Assembly (NCBI GenBank): GCA_964234715.1
Contig: OZ174284.1
From: Podarcis melisellensis
Taxonomy: Eukaryota
Length of the DNA: 64,000 bases
Strand: one strand, 5' to 3'
A model generated the notes under the pieces. It did no database searches, was not told where the DNA came from, and was given only the letters and a program-made list of their open reading frames with translations. Of this stretch, positions 51,660 through 64,000 are shown piece after piece. A program made the translations under genes and the position numbers. Position 1 is the first letter of the stretch; every line of letters starts with the position of its first letter.

Positions 51660-53390
51660 CAAACTACTAGACGAGACAAAAAAAGAACAGAAACAAACCC
51701 TCTTGCACCTAGCAAGCTGAAACATCAGGGCCATGTGTCCTAGCTTGTCCACCAACCTGCTGCAGGTCAATGACTCACGGAAGACGGCCTTCATTGACTG
51801 TTAGCTGAAAATGCTCAACATTTGCTTAAGTGCTCTACAGGAAACCAGACTCACTTCTAATGGCAACCTCCAATAGAAGAACTACACCTTTTTATGGCAA
51901 AGAGGGCATCGAGAAGAACCATGTATTCATGATGTAGAAACTCTCTTCTGTCTGCAATAGAACTGCCAACAGAGGGCTCAGAACACTTGTTCTTCCTCTG
52001 CCTCTCAACCACATCATCCAGTTAACATCTTGAGCATCTACACTCCCACCATGTGCTCTGACATACGAACAATGGACAAGTTCTATGAAGAACTAAACCA
52101 AGCTGTCAGGAGGGTTTGAGCTTGCAGACACCTAGCCCTGCTGGGATATTTCAATGCCAGAGTTGGGGGCAAGTGTCACACATGGGACTACTGCATAGGC
52201 TACTTTGTATCACTGCCTCTGCATCACAGACATGTTCTTCACTCACAAATGTATGAATGCATGAAGAAAGCCTTTGGATCAACAGTCAGGAAAACTACTT
52301 CACGAAAATCAGCACAGACTGCAGCAAGCAGATAAACCGATGGGCAGAGCACTATCATGAACTGTCCTTCCCCAAAACACGGTTGCTGATGCAGCAGTTG
52401 ACAGCATCCAGACTCTACCTGTCTTGGAAGAGCTGGATCTCCCTCCCTCTCGCCCTTAATGAGCTGAAGAACAGCATCAACTCCCATGCATGTGGTAAAG
52501 CCCCAAGACAAGAGAGAATCCCAACAGAAGTGCTGAAAGCCAGCTGCAATGGCAGGCTCTATCCCAAGTCAGAATGTGGCTTTAGAGCTCAGAGGTCAAC
52601 AGCCTACATGATTTTCTCACTGCATCAGCTGCAGGAAAAATGCCAAGAGCAGAGACACCCCTTGTACATCGCTTTCATAGACCTGATGAAGGCCTTTGAC
52701 CTCATCAGCCCAAAAGGGCTCCTCACACTGCTCAATAAGAAAGAATGTCCACCTAAGCTCCACAAGATCATTGTGTCCTTCCTTCCACAAGCACAAGTGC
52801 TGCACCATCCGGTATGATAGCTCATCCTCAGATGCCTTCCCTATAAAGCGTGATGTGTGTTCTCTTTTTGGCATATTCTTCTCCCTGCTGCTCTCAAATG
52901 CTTTCAGCTCAATTTAAAACAGTGTGTACATCCATTCAAGGAGCTATAGGGGTCCGTTTAACCTAGAACATCACCGTGCCACAATAGAAGTATGGTGGGC
53001 CCTTATCCAAAAGATGTTGCTTGCAGATGATGCAGCCTTGCCAGCACACTCTGTGGAAGCTCTACATATTCTTATCAACCATTTGCCCAAGCCAACATGG
53101 AGTTCAGCCTTATCATCAGCCTGACAAAGACCAACATCTTAAGTCAGGATGTTGCCAGCACTCTGTGCATCAGCACTGGTGACCACACGCTTGAGGTGGT
53201 AGATGATTTTGTCTACCTGGGTGCCACCAATATGCATAACCAGCAACCTCTCCATTGACACTAAGCTGGACAAGCATATTGGCAAGGCAGCTACAGCAAT
53301 GGCTCATCTCTCCAAAAGGGTATAGGAAAATGCTAACTACTAGGCTTGCATGTTGAGCACTTTGTTTTATGGTAGTGAGATGTTGCACCA
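51660..53390 (+). mobile_element. Degraded, internally deleted RTE LINE (endonuclease and RT remnants)
   Basis: Remnants ...ALQETRL (EN), SECGFRAQRSTAYMIFSLHQLQEKCQEQRHPLYIAFIDLMKAFD and LLADDAAL (RT), with stops and frameshifts. Confidence 0.85.
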
Positions 53391-53544
53391 AAGCACCTCA
53401 GGGAAGCTGTGCCTGCAGCCGCGTGGAAGAAGCAAAGGGGGGAGAGAGCGGGGGGTGGGCAAGCAGTGGCAAGAAAGATGCGGCAGGGGGGGGAGAGGTG
53501 GCAGTATGCTGTACCAGCATGTATCACCTCAAAAAAAGCTTGAT

Positions 53545-53968
53545 AAAGGGTCTGGAAATCAAGCCTTATGAAGGACAGTGGAGGGAGTTGAGTATGTTGA
53601 GCCTGGAAAAGAAGAGACTGAGAGGATATATGATAGCCATATTCAAATACATAAAGGCCTTTCACATGAATGATGGAGCAAGCTTCCTTTCTGTTGCTCC
53701 AGCGGGCAGGGCCCAAACCAATGGATTCAAATTACAACAAAGGAGATTCTAACTAAACTTCAGGAAGAACTTTCTGATGGTAACACAGCTGTTTGACAGT
53801 GGAACAGACTTCTTCAGAAGGTGGTGGACTCTCCTTCATTGGAGGTTTTTAAGCAGTGGTTGGATGGCCATCTGTCATGTCTGCTTTAGTTGAGATTCCT
53901 GCATTGTAGGGGGTTGGGCTAGATGACCCTTGGGGTACCTTCCAACTCTACAATTCTATGATTCTACT
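53545..53968 (+). mobile_element. CR1 3' fragment
   Basis: KGLEIKPYEGQWRELSMLSLEKKRLRGYMIAIFKYIK; tail ...ttccaactctacaattctatgattcta. Confidence 0.9.
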
Positions 53969-55604
53969 ATCTGGATGAAATTCCACCACTGAAGTATTTT
54001 TTAAAAAAAACTTAGAAAAGTTCCTGAAATGACATGGTAGTGCACTGAGGAAAGGATGACATTGCTTCTTTTCAAACCAGCACTGAATAGGTACTCTAGA
54101 GAAGAGGTAGCATAGCAGAATCATGTGGTGTCCTGAAGGTACATCATCTTAAAAGAAAGAGAGAAAGAAAAGAGCTAACAAAACGAAGCCAGCAAGTGTT
54201 GTTTGTGATGTAACAGGCTTGGTCAAGTGCCCAAGACAATCATGCATCCCATTCACCTATCAAAGCAATCTTCTTGAAAGTCCCACTGACAAAAGTGCCT
54301 GCCTATAGTAATTTCTTGGCAAATCTGCAAACCTGAAATCAAATGAGTTTTCAGAAATGCCTGTATCTATCATATTTGTTGGTTCACAGTGAGACGGAGG
54401 GCTGGGCGGAATCATGCAACGGAGTAGTCACCCTGTGACCTCTGCCATCACTTACATGTTGCCATTAAGTGTTGGACTTGAACATGGAAAACTCAGGTTC
54501 GCATTCCTGCTCAGCTCTGAAGATCAGTGGGCACGGGGCAAGTCTCAGCCTAATCTCTCTTAGTTGTTCCGAGGCTAAAACAGTACCATGACTGATTGGA
54601 AGAGGAAGAATGTGAATCACAGTAAGACTAGGGGCCACAGGAGCAGGACTTCCATTTCCAGGATTCCAATAATACATATATGAAGCAATTCCTCCTTGGG
54701 TTTGCCTTCATTCTGCACACTCCTCCCTGTATTTGCCTACAGCCCTGGGAATTCCTAAGCGGCACAGATGGAGCCCCTGCTGCATCCATCCTAACATTGA
54801 CAAATCAGCCAGAGTGTTTAACTTCCTCATTTGCTGCTTGAGGATCAAGTTTCTATGGAGAGAGACCCTCAAATCCTTTCAATCAATTCTGCTTTTCATC
54901 TCTGCAGTCCCATGGGTGTTCTCTTAAGTGCTTATCTCTGAAGAAGTCTGAGGTGATAACAACACCCAAGGGAATTCCACCATGATCCCAGGGTTAAAAT
55001 TGTTTCTCTTTGCTGAATAAGGCAAAAAGTGGCAGAACGAAGGGAGGGGAGGCAGGTAGTTGAAACAGGAAACCCAAAGAAAGTTAAGAATGCATATGAA
55101 TTAAGTTAAGCTTTCCATACAAATTCTATCCACTGAGATAAAAATACAAATAAATGGAAAGGCTGTAATGGGCTGGGGGTGGAGAAATAGAAAAGATTAT
55201 TAGGCAAAGAATGATAGCATAGCTGTTGCATTCCATCTTCACTGCCCAACGCTGTAAAAGGATAGTTTCCCTTCAAGGGGAAACTGTTCCCCAGTAGGAA
55301 GATGATAAGGGACTTATGTATAATTTGTGCATGGCTATTTTGATTCCACTCAAATCACGTCATTTATTTCCTCATGTGCAAAGCAGTCCCTTGAAAAGAC
55401 AACTACACCATAGAGGTAATATATAAATCAGATACTGCATACATAGTCTTCAATCATTTATTAGCTTACATGCTTATTTGTGGGCCATTATTAACAGCAA
55501 CTGCTATATTTCTCTGCAACTTCTTATATTCCAAGTCAGTAGTAGTAACCAATGTTTTTGGCAAGCGTGCCATGAAGCCCTAAGTATGAGGCAGTGCTAC
55601 AATC

Positions 55605-56015
55605 TTATTTATTTCATAAAATTTATACACCACTTGATTGTAAAAAGCACACCCTCAAAGTGATTTCTACAAAAAGGTAAAACAGTATGATCAAGAAAAA
55701 GCCACAACCGTACTTTGAAACATACTAAGGTTAAAATACCAAAACAAATTGAAATTATCTCAACTCTCTTAAGCATCTGGGTAGGCTTGTCTAAACAAGA
55801 ATGTTTTTGCAGGCGCCCACCAAAAAGAGTACAGTGAAGGCACCTGCCTGATCTGAATTGGCAGGGAGTTCCAAAGGGCAGGTGCTGCCACACTAAACGG
55901 TCAAGTTCTTACAAATGCAGAGCAGGCGCCTATTATGTGGCACCTGTAGCAGTGCTAGTTGCGCTGATCAAAGAGGTCAGGTGGGCACATGTGGAGCAAG
56001 GTGATCTCGTAAATG
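55605..56015 (-). mobile_element. Old L2-like 3' fragment
   Basis: An AT-rich tail at 55605-55660 followed by degenerate L2 end motifs (ggcagggagttccaaagggcaggtgctgccaca). Confidence 0.55.
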
Positions 56016-56639
56016 CACAGTACATGTGTACTGTGACTCATGGAGGGTTGGACCACTGAGTTCCAACTGATGAGGAGACCAACCCCAGACACTTCCTGGA
56101 GGGGGGGCGTAGCTGGGTCTGCACCACAATGAATGAAGATGATGATGGTGATGATTGGCCTAACAAATGGACCATTGATATAAGTAAGGTCTTTTTCTTT
56201 TGCCCCTGTGATACTATCAAAATACATAGTATGTTGGTACAATGATCTGTGCATTCTGTATGTGTGCAGACTCCCTTCTACATATTGCCTGGAATGGGGG
56301 TTTGATTGATAATAAGTCAGTAGGGCCAACTGGCCCCCAACCACACCTCCCAAGAGAACAGTATTTCTTCTAACTCTATCTAAGAAGTGTGAGATAAAAA
56401 ATAAAATAAAATATTACAAATAAAATGAGGAAACATTTTCATATCGCCAAGCACAATCTTTTTATACATTGGGGGGCCCAATGTGTGCGTTGTTTCTATT
56501 GGTAAGTGATTGGTGAGTCCAAGATACCCTTAGAAATATTAAGCCCAGCATTTCAGGCACTGGTGAACTATTGCTGCCAACTGGAAAACTGAGGCTATAT
56601 GTGTAGCTATCAAGAGAGGCTAAAAATATATGACTAGTC

Positions 56640-56768
56640 CAGGCATAGGCAAACTCGGCACTCCAGATGTTTTGGGACTACAACTCCCATCCTCCCTAGC
56701 TAACAGGACCAGTGGTCAGGGATGATGGGAATTGTAGTCTCAAAACATCTGGAGTTTGCCTGTGCCTG
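56640..56768. mobile_element. hAT-type MITE (related degraded copies near 5805-5895, 15350-15470 and 29385-29450)
   Basis: TIRs CAGGCATAGGCAAAC / GTTTGCCTGTGCCTG; 8-bp TSD gactagtc at 56632-56639 and 56769-56776; internal palindrome. Confidence 0.88.
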
Positions 56769-57531
56769 GACTAGTCATTCACATACACCTTTGCAGATAG
56801 TGCTTATTCCATTTCAGTGTGAAGACCAACATGTGAAGAAACTGCTAAATTTCTCCCCCTAGTGACTGCAGAGCTTTAATCATTTATGAGCTATCATGAG
56901 AGAGGGCTTGAAAATTGTCGCCCTGTCTATCTAAGCCCTAACTTCAGTTTTCCACACACATCTTAAGACGATAATTTTTAAAAGCAGGGAATAAACCCAG
57001 TGAATACTGTAGTGCCTACTTCCAAGTAGATGTGCAGAGGGTTACACTATGTGGTTCTTTCCTCACCAGTTCATATTCCTACATTGTCCCACTAAAGGGT
57101 ATGGAAAGGCACGGTAGTGCCTAAGGCAAAGTCTACTGAGACATGACAGATTCCATCATAATTCTTCTACTCACCCCAGCAAAGATAAAGCACTGTTAAT
57201 TCACTTAATCTCCTATCCCAGGCACCTCTACTGCTTGTGCATGGAGATTTATTGACCGTTTCCTTTAGTCCATCATACTCTAGGCTTTTCTGGGATATCA
57301 ACAGGAATTTACGGCCTATGGAAGTTAAATAAGCTGCAAAAAAAGTGCTCTCCTTTGTCACTTTGTATTAGGCTGCCCCACACCTATCTGTTACCTCTTA
57401 GCTATGAGGGCAGGACTTTGGGGCAGAAGTCCAGAACCTCACTCAACAGAGTAAGCAAGAAGACTGCCAAACATAGCAGGCCTGACTGACCACCTTTTGA
57501 AGTAGAAACAAAGTAAGGGAAAACCTCAAAG

Positions 57532-57963
57532 AGGGAGAAGAGTCGGTAGAAGAAGGTTGGAAGAAATTTAAAGACTATCTACAGAAACATTGTAAAATTA
57601 AGGAATGTTAGAAGGATGCTGGAATGAAGTTATGTGGTTTTAGCAGTAATGTTACAAAGGAGTATGTAAAAATGGATTGTTAACAGGTGAGAATGTAAAG
57701 TTACAATATATTAAGATAAATTATTAAGATAAAAACAAAGATGGAAAGGACTTGCTGAATTAACTAACTGAACTAGAACACAAAAAAGGGAGGTGTGAGG
57801 AGGTCAAGGAAACAAGCAAATGAAAGATAAGATATGGAAAAATTGATTTGTTTTTAATTGTTTCTATTTTTCTGTATTTTGTATTTTTTGTTTTATTTTC
57901 TTTTATTTTTGTAATTTTGTTGAAACTTCAATGAATATTATTTTTTTAAAAAAAGAAAAAAAA
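57532..57963 (+). mobile_element. L1-like 3' end with A-rich tail
   Basis: 13-bp TSD gaaaacctcaaag at 57519-57531 and 57964-57976; ORF end ...WKKFKDYLQKHCKIKEC*; A-rich terminus. Confidence 0.8.
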
Positions 57964-58744
57964 GAAAACCTCAAAGGTCATCTGCGCCCCTGCCAGTACA
58001 GATAATTCACATAACCAACTAAAGAGCCTGTCAGCAGCCTATCAGACTGCTATGTTTAGACATTAAAATTACCTATCTAAAAAAACCCCTTTTGCTCAGT
58101 TTTCCAGCTTCGAATGCTAAGAAAGGAAATTGCTTCAATCAACTAAACCCTTGAGGAGCTGGAAGTTTATTGGACATAAAGAGCTCTGCTGGATCAGGTC
58201 AAAGGTCATCAAGTCCAACATCTTGTTTTCACAGTGTCCAGATGCCAACGGGAAGACCACAGCCAGGACCCAAGTGCAACAGCAACTCTTCTTCCTTGTG
58301 TTCTCCAGCAACTGGTATTCAGAGGCATCCTGCCTCCAACAGTGAAGATAGAACAACAAAGCCATGCCACTGATAATCGTGTCCTGGCTGGTATGTAGGA
58401 GAACAACTGTAAGAGTTGTTGTGTGCAAGCGGAAGGGCTGGGAGCTGGAGGGAGAGACATTCCTTGCTCTGTGCTGAACATAATCTGTGGCTTTGGGCAC
58501 CCCTGGAAACCTAACGGGAAGCCAAATCTATGGGAGTGTTAATGCTGTGAGCCCTTCCATCCTATGCTCAGTGTATAGGTGTAAACAAAACTTTAAATAT
58601 ATATAAAGTATAACTATTTATCTTAAAGACACTGCAACCTCCGCTGACCTTTATCCCAAGGAAACTGAATCTTGGGTAAACACTTGGAACCCCTGGATTC
58701 TCTTGCCAGTCAGAAATTGAGGTAGTGTGTAATAATATTATTTT

Positions 58745-59440
58745 TTAAGTTTAGTTGCTAGAACTGTACACAGTATTCCAACAGTGGTCACACCATGGAT
58801 TTGTACAACAGCATTATAATATCGGCAGTTTTATTATCAATCCCTTACCTAATGATCTCTAACGTGGAATTTGCCTCTTTCACAGAGCTGCTGCACACTA
58901 AGTGAAAATCTTCATGACCACAATGTCCATTTCTGGTCAGTGTGACACTATTGGATTTCCTTGGCAATTATCCATTTACATATATGTTGAGTTTGATAGC
59001 GCTATGGTCACTGTCCCCATTCAGTTCAACAGCATCATGTACATCCCACTTCTGCTCCTGGGCACCACTTCTAATTAAATCCAGTATCACCACATCTCAG
59101 ATCCCTGATCAAGGGGAACAGCCATTATGGGTATCTGGACATGTTACCTCTTTGCAGTGACTGGCACACACAAGCACCCATTCTATGTGAGGGTAATTGA
59201 AATCACCCATTACTACAGCATTTCCTCCTCTGGATGCCTCCTTTGATTTCATTTCCCATCTCAAGATCACCCTGTGCTTTTTGTACAGTGGGATAATTAT
59301 ATGTTCCCAGTACTTAACTACTCTTGGATCCCAGCATTACCACTCACAGTGATTCTGTGGAGAAGTCTGTCCCTTTTTGGATTCCTAGCTTCTTGGTCTC
59401 TTATGTCCTCTGTGATGTACAGAGCAATATCACCTCATAT
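58745..59440 (-). mobile_element. Old CR1-like fragments
   Basis: Motifs agaactgtacacagtattcca...tggatttgtacaac and gaaatcacccattactac, recognisable as antisense CR1 ORF2. Confidence 0.5.
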
Positions 59441-60881
59441 ATATTGTGTTTATAAATGATGAACAGATGAGGTCACTTCCAAGGTAACTTTGTGGCTTCA
59501 CGTGCATAGAAACCTTGACATCATCACAACTAGCTGTCAAGTGACTGAATTAATTGTTCTACATCCAGATTCTCAGAGTAGGCAAAGGCACCGGTATTAA
59601 AATGCTTAAATGTTTCCATAGTCCATGATCACATAGGACCGTTTAAGATGAAAAGCCTCAGGAATCAGGATAAAATCCAGCTCATTTCCCTCTCACTCAG
59701 GTATCCTGCAAATTCCACATGAGCCTATTTATTTGAATTAGTCTGGCTTTTTATCGTGGGGAGGGGTGGGGAGAGATGGTGACTATTTTTACACAAGAAC
59801 CAGCCAACTATTTCAGGAGAGACTGAATAACATAAAAGGGAGGGCATGCAATAGTTAAAGAGTCATTTAATATGTTTGATAAAGATGTGTTCTCACTTCT
59901 AAGCGAATTGGGTCTAAGCTGGAATCAGAATCCAGAATTGAATGAAACTATCAACTTGAGGAATCCTTCTGAGTAACAAGCCTAGCACAATTATTACCCA
60001 TTCTATAATAAGTCCTGAGTACATGCCATGTTCATAATAAAATATCCCCCAAGTTACACTGCAGACTACTATAGTATACATGGTGTTTTCATTAGCAAAT
60101 GCTTGCTTTTTAAACAAAGTTTCCAAAAGCTCAAAACTGTCAATATAAATATAAATAACATAAATAACACTTCAACACACACAGTTTCAAATGCAAAGAA
60201 TGCTGTAAATACTAAGCAAAGCAGGGAGAAAGACATGATGCAATGGTGTGTAAGTCAGTGATTTTAAAACACCCTCCAACATACCTAGTATGAAGCCAAC
60301 ACGCTTAAAGCAAATATATGAGCTGCAGCTTAGCTCATCTGCATACACATCAAGACTCATTTAACTGTTAGCTCTGAATGAAAACCTACTCTCTAACACC
60401 CTTATCTTGCTTATTCTCATGGTGCACTTTGAACTTCAAAGCTATTATTTTACTCAGTTTGGCTCCCATCCTTCACAACTGAAATCTCACTATTTCTACT
60501 GAAATTAATGGGACTTCAGCGAGAGTAGCTGAATTGCAGTTTGGGAATTTAAAAGACCTATAAGGGTGTGTTTTGCTGCCCCTCCACATTATTTTTACAG
60601 CAGCAGTGGGTTTTGTGTCCAGCTGGCATCACGTGTGAGTTGATAAGAGAAACTTTTCTAACTGGACAAGGTTAAGTCTTATAGAAAGCAACCACTATGT
60701 TTGCCTGGTTCAGACAGAAAAGGCAGGAATAGTGAATTGTGGTACATAAAGGCAAAGGAGGAAACACCACAATCACAGAAAGATGAACTATAGGAAATGG
60801 CCAACACTGAGGCAGGGGGACAAGGACATACAGGGTGAATCTAAAGGCTACCACAAGACACTTGCTTGCTTTTGCTGCTAC

Positions 60882-61131
60882 CATAGGCGCCGACTCCATG
60901 GGGCCTGAGGGGGCCCGAGCCCCCTCAAAAATTTGTTTGGGGGGGCTCTGCCCCCCCAATAATTTAAGAAAATTATTACCGTATTTTTCCCTCAAAAAGA
61001 GGAAGCGGCTGCTTTCCTGCATTCTGCCTCAGGGTCTTACTGCCCACCCTCCTCTGTTTCCTTTCTGTGTTTGCTCAAACGGAACAAAGAGCAGGGAAAG
61101 CCCCTCCCCTCCAGGCAAGCAGGCAGGAGGG

Positions 61132-61214
<83 letters not shown>

Positions 61215-62137
61215 CTCGGGAGCTGGCTGGCTTGGGTGGGTAGGTGAGGGAAAACTTTTGCCTTCCTTTCCTCCCTGCCGTTATACCCCTCCCCTGCATT
61301 CTTAGCCAGCTGCTTCTCTGCACACCCCTCTCGTGCTCCTTGTCCGTTCTGTGTTTTTCCTTCCCTCCCCACTTAAAATGTGGTTTAAAAGCATGGATCC
61401 ACATGGATCCTCAGGATCTTTGCATTGGGTCACCCCAAATTCACCAACAGATCACATAGCATGTCCATGGCTACAGCCTGCCCCCCCAAAATCACGTACC
61501 CACTGTTGCCTGGGGCTGCAGTGGTGCAAAAATGTGGTTAAAAAGCATGGATCCACAGGGATCCTCAGGATCTTTGCATTGGGTCACCCCAAATTCACCA
61601 TCAGATCACATAGCATGTCCATGGCTACAGCCTGCCCCCCCAAAATCACACACCCACTGTTGCCTGGGGCTGCAATGGTGCAAAAATGTGGTTACAAAAC
61701 ATGGATCCATAGGGATGCTCAGGATCTTTGCATTGGGTCACCCCAAATTCACCATCAGAGCACATAGCATGTCCATGGCTACAGCCTGCCCCCCAAAAAT
61801 CACACACCCACTGTTGCCTGGGGCTGCAATGGTGCAAAAACGTGGTTACAAAGCATGGATCCACAGGGATTCTCAGGATTTTTGCATTGGGTCACCCCAA
61901 ATTCACCATCAGATCACATGTCTGTGGCCACAGCATGAAGCACAAAAATGATACATCATTAATATTCACCGCCCACGGTGGCAGCCAACCTCACAGGTTC
62001 ACTTAAGGTCGGGGCAGCCCGGGGCTCGCCCCTTTCGTTCCCCCAGCAGCAGCGGTTTGGAGGTCTTGGCCCCCCCCCAATATTTTTTATAAGTCGGTAT
62101 GGGCCCCCCCAATATTTTTTATAAGTCGGCGCCCCTG
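60882..62137. mobile_element. Non-autonomous hAT element (1256 bp) carrying (GA)n and a 154-bp tandem array
   Basis: 8-bp TSD gctgctac at 60874-60881 and 62138-62145; TIRs CATAGGCGCCGACT / AGTCGGCGCCCCTG (12/14 match). Confidence 0.88.
61375..61920. repeat. 154-bp tandem repeat, about 3.5 copies
   Basis: The anchor GGATCC recurs at 61395, 61549, 61703 and 61857 (period 154), and the units are highly similar. Confidence 0.95.
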
Positions 62138-63308
62138 GCTGCTACAGACTACTCTTGAATTTCTCAGCAAGGATAAAGCTAAGATTTGTACACACATAGT
62201 ACTTAATAGGCATGTAGTACTTTAAATTATGCAAAGTACTTCACATGCATTATCTAGTTGTTATCCTTACAACAGCATAGTATGGTAAGTGAGCACTTTT
62301 ATTCCCGTTACTGGAGATAGGAGGGCCACTTCTCACCTACAGTACTACACCAGCCCATGACTCAAGGAACCAATTACTTGAAAAATCAGAAAATGTGACA
62401 CTTCATATCTTTATAATCCTTACACTGGGGAAAAAGACAGATTACTAATGCACTAAGGAACATATTTGTATTTTCAAAATGCAGCCTGTACTGACCAGTG
62501 GGGTGGTGATGAGGAACTGGATCTGGACAAGGTGCCAGATTCCAAAATCCCCAACCCTCACAAAGCCAACTTTGACAGGTAGGTGAGACCACCAATCTAT
62601 CAATCGCCAGATTACATGTGGGCAGCAGCAGGGGGGAGGGGATGATTAACATGTAGAGTCAAAACTACATATAGGCAAAACAACCCCTCGGAACTAATAA
62701 ATTTTACCTTCTAGAATAGGTGCAAGATCTTGCGATGGCCTTGAGAGCCCAAGCAATAATCTCTCAGAGACCAGTAAGCAAGTAGAAAGCTTAAAAGCTC
62801 TTTCTGTGCCAGGAAAACCCAGTAAAAAAAGAGGTTTTAAGCCCTCTGCCTTGCATGCATTTAATTTGAATGATTACAGCTGACTAGCCACCACATGCGT
62901 AAAACTGCAACAGAGCAAGTGAAATCTACATAAGTTGCAATCCTACTGTAATGGCATCTAGTGGTTGACATCTGTCAAAGTTCAAAGGTGGTAACCGCCG
63001 ATCAGCTGATTGGAACCTCATTTGAAGATGTGCTTTCAGCACCAATCCAATCACCAACCCAGCGTCAATCAAACAGTGCCTTCAAAGAGCCTTGCTCTGG
63101 AAAGGGGAAAAAACCACTCTGTTTCTGAACAGAGTGTTTTTTTCTAAGTGGAACTTCATTTCCCTATCTCCAGAAGAAGTGGTTTGGATTCAAAGCACTT
63201 ACTCCAGTGCTTTAAACCCAAAGGAACTCCTCTAGGGAGCTCCCTAGTGCCATGGATCCTATTGGAGTACCAATCAGAGCTGAATGGGAGCCCTGCTTGC
63301 AAAGATAA

Positions 63309-63369
63309 TATCATAGAATCATAGAGTAGGGAACCCAAAGGACATCTAGTCCAACGCCCTACAATGCAG
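63309..63369 (-). mobile_element. CR1 3' terminus
   Basis: atcatagaatcatagagt...catctagtccaac is the reverse complement of the CR1 tail. Confidence 0.75.
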
Positions 63370-64000
63370 TGGGGCAAGCAGCCATGGTTTGTGGGAAGCT
63401 GCCTTGTGGACCCAACTGGCAGCTGTGGCAGGCCTAATTAGACCCACAGGCTGCAGTTTCCCCACCATGATATGTATGGTAGGGGTAATGTGCATAACAA
63501 CCAGCCACTGTGTGCATTCACCATACCTCATGGATGATGTGTGAATAACCTATTCATTAAGAAGAAACTGTGTGCACATTTTTCAATCATTATATATCCT
63601 CTCCAACAGGCCTTGGGGAACTTGCATATTTCAACCAATTTTTGTACACTCTCTGAACAATACACACTCTAGTCAAATTCACACTTTCCAATAAATGTGC
63701 CCTTTGTTCCTATCTCAAGTTCAGGGGTGAGCAGCCCATTGTCCAAAAGTTCCATGCAGAACACTGTATAATTTTATGCATGCACATAAACAGGACAGAA
63801 CTTAATAGACTTAATTTGACGTAGTAATCTGACATTTGAATTAGCCCTTGCTAAATAAACTGATATTGGAATGGTTATTAGAAATCCCAATGCAACACTG
63901 TTGCCACAGTCATAGTTTTCTGCTTTGCATAAACTGACTTTCCTTTTAGACACAACGTAATTGTCTAGTTTATGGGAAAACCAAAGTTATCCAAGATGCT

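Noticed and set aside
56060-56110. CTGATGA as a second hammerhead core
   Set aside because: No stem II closed by GAAA follows it.
61244-62006. Repetitive ORFs or a CRISPR-like array
   Set aside because: These are direct 154-bp tandem units without unique spacers, in a eukaryotic context, and the period is not a multiple of 3.
63035-63055. REST/NRSE site (TTCAGCACC), expected near GRIN2B
   Set aside because: Only the left half-site is present; the GGACAG right half is missing.

Overview
Vertebrate genomic DNA. It is almost certainly a squamate lizard, probably a lacertid; this is inferred from Sauria SINEs, BovB, a young L2 and CR1. The only host coding sequence I can support is the first coding exon of GRIN2B (NMDA receptor GluN2B) on the minus strand: exon 24938-25366, ATG at 25348, 137 codons, AG/GT flanks. 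No other GRIN2B exon is visible, so the rest of the window is most likely the two large flanking introns. These introns are dense with transposable elements: L2 (one copy with an uninterrupted ~710-codon RT ORF), RTE/BovB, RTEX-like, CR1, L1, SINEs, a solo LTR, and many hAT and Tc1/pogo MITEs. There are also microsatellites and two assembly gaps. The most notable signal is a pair of perfect-palindrome, (TA)n-embedded Penelope-like elements. The copy at 12046-12308 carries a minimal hammerhead-ribozyme-like motif on both strands. The copy at 41276-41418 folds back within 2 nt of the predicted self-cleavage site. Other notable structures are a twin-primed (5'-inverted) BovB, a 3-4 level nest with an L2 fragment inside a hAT, a hAT carrying a 154-bp tandem array, a TSD-bounded non-coding RTE-tailed element, and a fold-back chimeric MITE. 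Family names come from recognising sequence patterns, not from database searches. Almost all short ORFs in the supplied track are spurious or TE-derived.
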